DNA of 64,000 nt, from contig NC_082708.1 in assembly GCF_030144855.1 (NCBI RefSeq), forward strand, positions 75,950,001 to 76,014,000, read 5' to 3'. Source of the DNA: Hypanus sabinus. Lineage: Eukaryota. A program made the translations under genes and the position numbers. Each line of letters opens with the position of its first letter. Position 1 is the first letter of the stretch. This document shows positions 61,045-64,000 of the stretch, one piece after another. The notes under the pieces are model-generated. The model was given only the letters and a program-made list of their open reading frames with translations. It ran no database searches and was not told the DNA's origin.

Positions 61045-64000
61045 GTAAGAAGGCTGCGAGTGATTTGCTGATTTTTCGGAGCGAAAGCAGTTTTTTTACT
61101 TCTCGGGTTAAAGAGAGGCGAGACTGCTCAGCCGCATGACGTCAGCAGGTAGAGCGTGAAAGGTTTAAAACAGTGGTTCCCAACCTTTTTTTGGCCATGT
61201 CCCACCTAATCACCTCTAAAATCCTGATGCCCCCTGTGGTGATATATAATTCTTATTATTCAAAAAGTGAACTCCTATTCACCTGGAGGAAGCCTAGAAG
61301 ACCATTAACTTGGTTTAAACAAGCTTCCAAAGAATGTGGCATTCATGAAAGAGAAAAATAAAAGAACCAAAGGACTGTTAAAGTTCTGAGGAAGAAATTA
61401 CTAAGAAATTGTAAAAAAAAGAACATTAAGTGATATTAAAATAATAATAATATTAAATAAAACAATGCCGATTCATTTCTACAACATACAAAGACAGATA
61501 CACCGTTTAAAAGAGATGACGCAATGTACACACCTTCACACCACCAAGAACCGAAAGCCACTGCAAAAAGCAGCATTGGCGCGACCTGGTACGAGTTTCT
61601 TACGCGTTTGGACTTGTTCATTCGTTCCTTCCTACATAAGTCAATTCATTAATTTAATTATGAAAGCCATTTGATGGTTGTAATGATGGTGATACACTAT
61701 ATATACAGTACATACACAATTACACATGTACATACACACAAGTATTTTTATGTATGCATACTGTATATACACATATGTATTAACTCGCACACACACTCAT
61801 ACTCACACAGACTTACTAGAAAAAATTCACTGTTAATAACTCATTCTCGAATTGCCCCCATTAAGAATCAAATTACCCCCCCCCCCCAGTGGGGCATACG
61901 CCCCATGTTGGGTACCACTGGTTTAAAAAGAAGGTAGTCATATCCAGTGGACAGCAGAGTGAGAGGGCTTTGTCTCAATGGGTTTAGGCAGTAATGGAAC
62001 AAGGCGAGGTAGGAACTATGTGTGTGAGGCCAGTTTTCTGTGCTCAGTGTCAGATGTGGGAGATCCTGGAGTCTCCCAAACGCCCATATCTGCAGCCGGT
62101 GTGTGGAGCTGCAGCTCCTGAGGGACCAAGTTAGGGAACTGGAGATGCAGCTCAATGACCTTTGCCTAGTCAGGGAGAGTGGGGAGGTGATGGAGAGGAG
62201 TTACAGGCAGGTGGTCACACTGGGGCCTCGGGAGACAGACAAGTGGGTCAGAGTCAGGAGGGGAAAGGGGAAGAATCAGGTACTAGAGAGTACCCCTGTG
62301 GCTGTACTCTGTTTGAGTTCCGTTGGGGGACAGCCTGCCTGGGGGAAGCAACAGTGGCTGTGCCTGTGGCAGAGAGTCTGGCCCTGTGGCTCAGAAGGGC
62401 AGGGAAGAGGAAGGAAGTAGTGATAGGGGACTCATAGTTAAGAGGTCAGACAGGCAATTCTGTAGACGCAGTAAAGAAACTTGGATGGTAGTTTGCCTCC
62501 CAAGGTGCCAGGGTCCGGGATGTTTCGGATCGTGTCCAAGATATCCTACGGTGGGAGGGAGAACAGCCAGAGGTTGTGGTACATATTGGTACCAATGACA
62601 TAAGTAGGAAAAGGGAAGAGGTCCTGAAAAAAGACTACAGGGAGTTAGGAAGGAAGTTGAGCAAAAGGACCACAAACGTAGTAACCTCAGGATTGCCGCC
62701 TGTGCCACGCGACAGTGAGAACAGGAATAGAATGAGGTGGAGGATAAATGTGCGGCTGAGGGACTGGAGCAGGGGGCAGGGATTCAGATTTCTGGATTAT
62801 TAGGACCTCTTTTGGGACAGGTGTGACCTGTACAAAAAGGGCAGGTTGCACCTGAATCCCAGGGGACCAAAATTCTGGCAGGGTTGGGGGGTGGGAACTG
62901 AACTGAAGTGACTGGGGAAGAGGAGGTTAGCTCACAAATAGAGAAAGCTTGTAGACAGTGCAAGAGGGAGGATAGGCAGGTGTTAGAGAAGGGACGTGCT
63001 CAGACAAAAAGCTTGAGATGTGTCTATTTTAATGCAAGGAGTGTTGTGAACAAAGCGGATGAGCGTGGATCAGTACTTGAAGATATGATGTGGTGGCCAT
63101 TACAGAGACTTGTATGGCTCAGGGCAGGAATGGTTACTTCAAGTACCGGGTTTTAGATGTTTCAGAAAACACAGGGATGGAGGCAAAAGAGGTGGGGGTG
63201 GCACTGTTACTCAGAGATAGTGTTACACCTGCAGGAAAGGTGGATGCCATGGAGGGAATGACTACGGATTCTGTGTGGGTGGAGGTTAGGAACTGGAAGG
63301 GGTCAATAACATCACTGGGTGTTTTTTTTATAGGCCGCCTAACAGTAACAGGGATATTGAGGAGCAGATAGGGAAACAGATCCTGGAAAGGTGTAATAAT
63401 AACAGAGTTGTTTTGATGGGAGGTTTTAATTTCCCAAATATTGATCGACATTTCCCTAGAGCGAGGGGTTTAGATGGGGTGGAGTTTGTTAGGTGTGTTC
63501 AGGAAGGTTTCTTGACACAGTACGTAGATAAGCTTACAAGAAGAGAGGCGGTACTTGATTTGGTATTGGGAAATGAACCTGGTCAGGTGTCAGATCTCTC
63601 AGTGGGAGAGCATTTTGAAGATGGTGATCATAATTCTATCTCCTTTACAATAGCATTAGAGAGTGGTAGGATCAGACAAGTTAGAAAAGCGTTTAATTGG
63701 AGTAAGGGAAATTATGAGGCTATCAGGCAGGAACTTGGAAACAGATGTTCTCAGGAAAGAGTACGGAAGATCTGTGGCAAATATTCGGGGATATTTGTGT
63801 GGAGTTCTGCATGGGTACATTCCAATGAGATAGGGAAATTATGGTAGGGTACAGGAACCGTGCTGTACAAAGACTAATAAATCTAGTCAAGAAGGAAAGA
63901 AAAGCTTACAAAAGGTTCAGAGAGCTAGGTAATGTTAGCGATCTAGAAGATTATAAGGCTACCAGGAAGGAACTTACGAAGGAAATTAGGAGAGCCAGAA
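61045..64000 (+). mobile_element. CR1 LINE retaining its 5' UTR, ORF1 (zinc finger/coiled coil + SGNH) and ORF2 endonuclease; frameshifted; runs off the window
   Basis: CAQCQMWE / HICSRCVELQLLRDQVRELEMQL; VIGDS; VHIGTND; LRCVYFNARSV; VAITET; GGFNFPNID; LDLVLGNEPGQVSDLSVGEHFEDGDHNSI. Confidence 0.92.
61171..61920. mobile_element. hAT MITE, 750 bp, with a perfect 8-bp TSD
   Basis: CAGTGGTTCCCAAC...GTTGGGTACCACTG; GTTTAAAA at 61163-70 and 61921-28. Confidence 0.93.

Overview
This is vertebrate genomic DNA, most likely a cartilaginous fish. That is an inference from the TE repertoire: CR1, Penelope-like, Rex1/Babar, HE1-type V-SINE and Deu-domain SINE. Two host genes lie on the + strand. The last two coding exons of CFAP300 (4757-4823 and 10358-10489) are missed by the ORF track. 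The CpG-rich promoter and first coding exon of YAP1 (26499-27007) are followed by >37 kb of intron with no further YAP1 exon found. The CFAP300-YAP1 order matches human 11q22. Much of the rest is a layered TE landscape: CR1, L1, L2, Rex1/Babar, Penelope-like, several SINE families, Tc1, hAT and Chapaev3. The most notable points are: (i) the YAP1 exon runs through the site of human intron 1, a WWTR1-like structure; (ii) a ~0.8-kb sequence is present twice, 33.5 kb apart, and one copy sits inside an apparently single chimeric CR1 insertion flanked by a 7-bp direct repeat; (iii) a perfect 8 x 74-bp array lies in the YAP1 intron; (iv) several TE-free, motif-dense intronic blocks may be enhancers. 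I found no convincing novel multi-gene system. Family assignments come from remembered motifs, not database searches. TE ends without a stated TIR or TSD are approximate.
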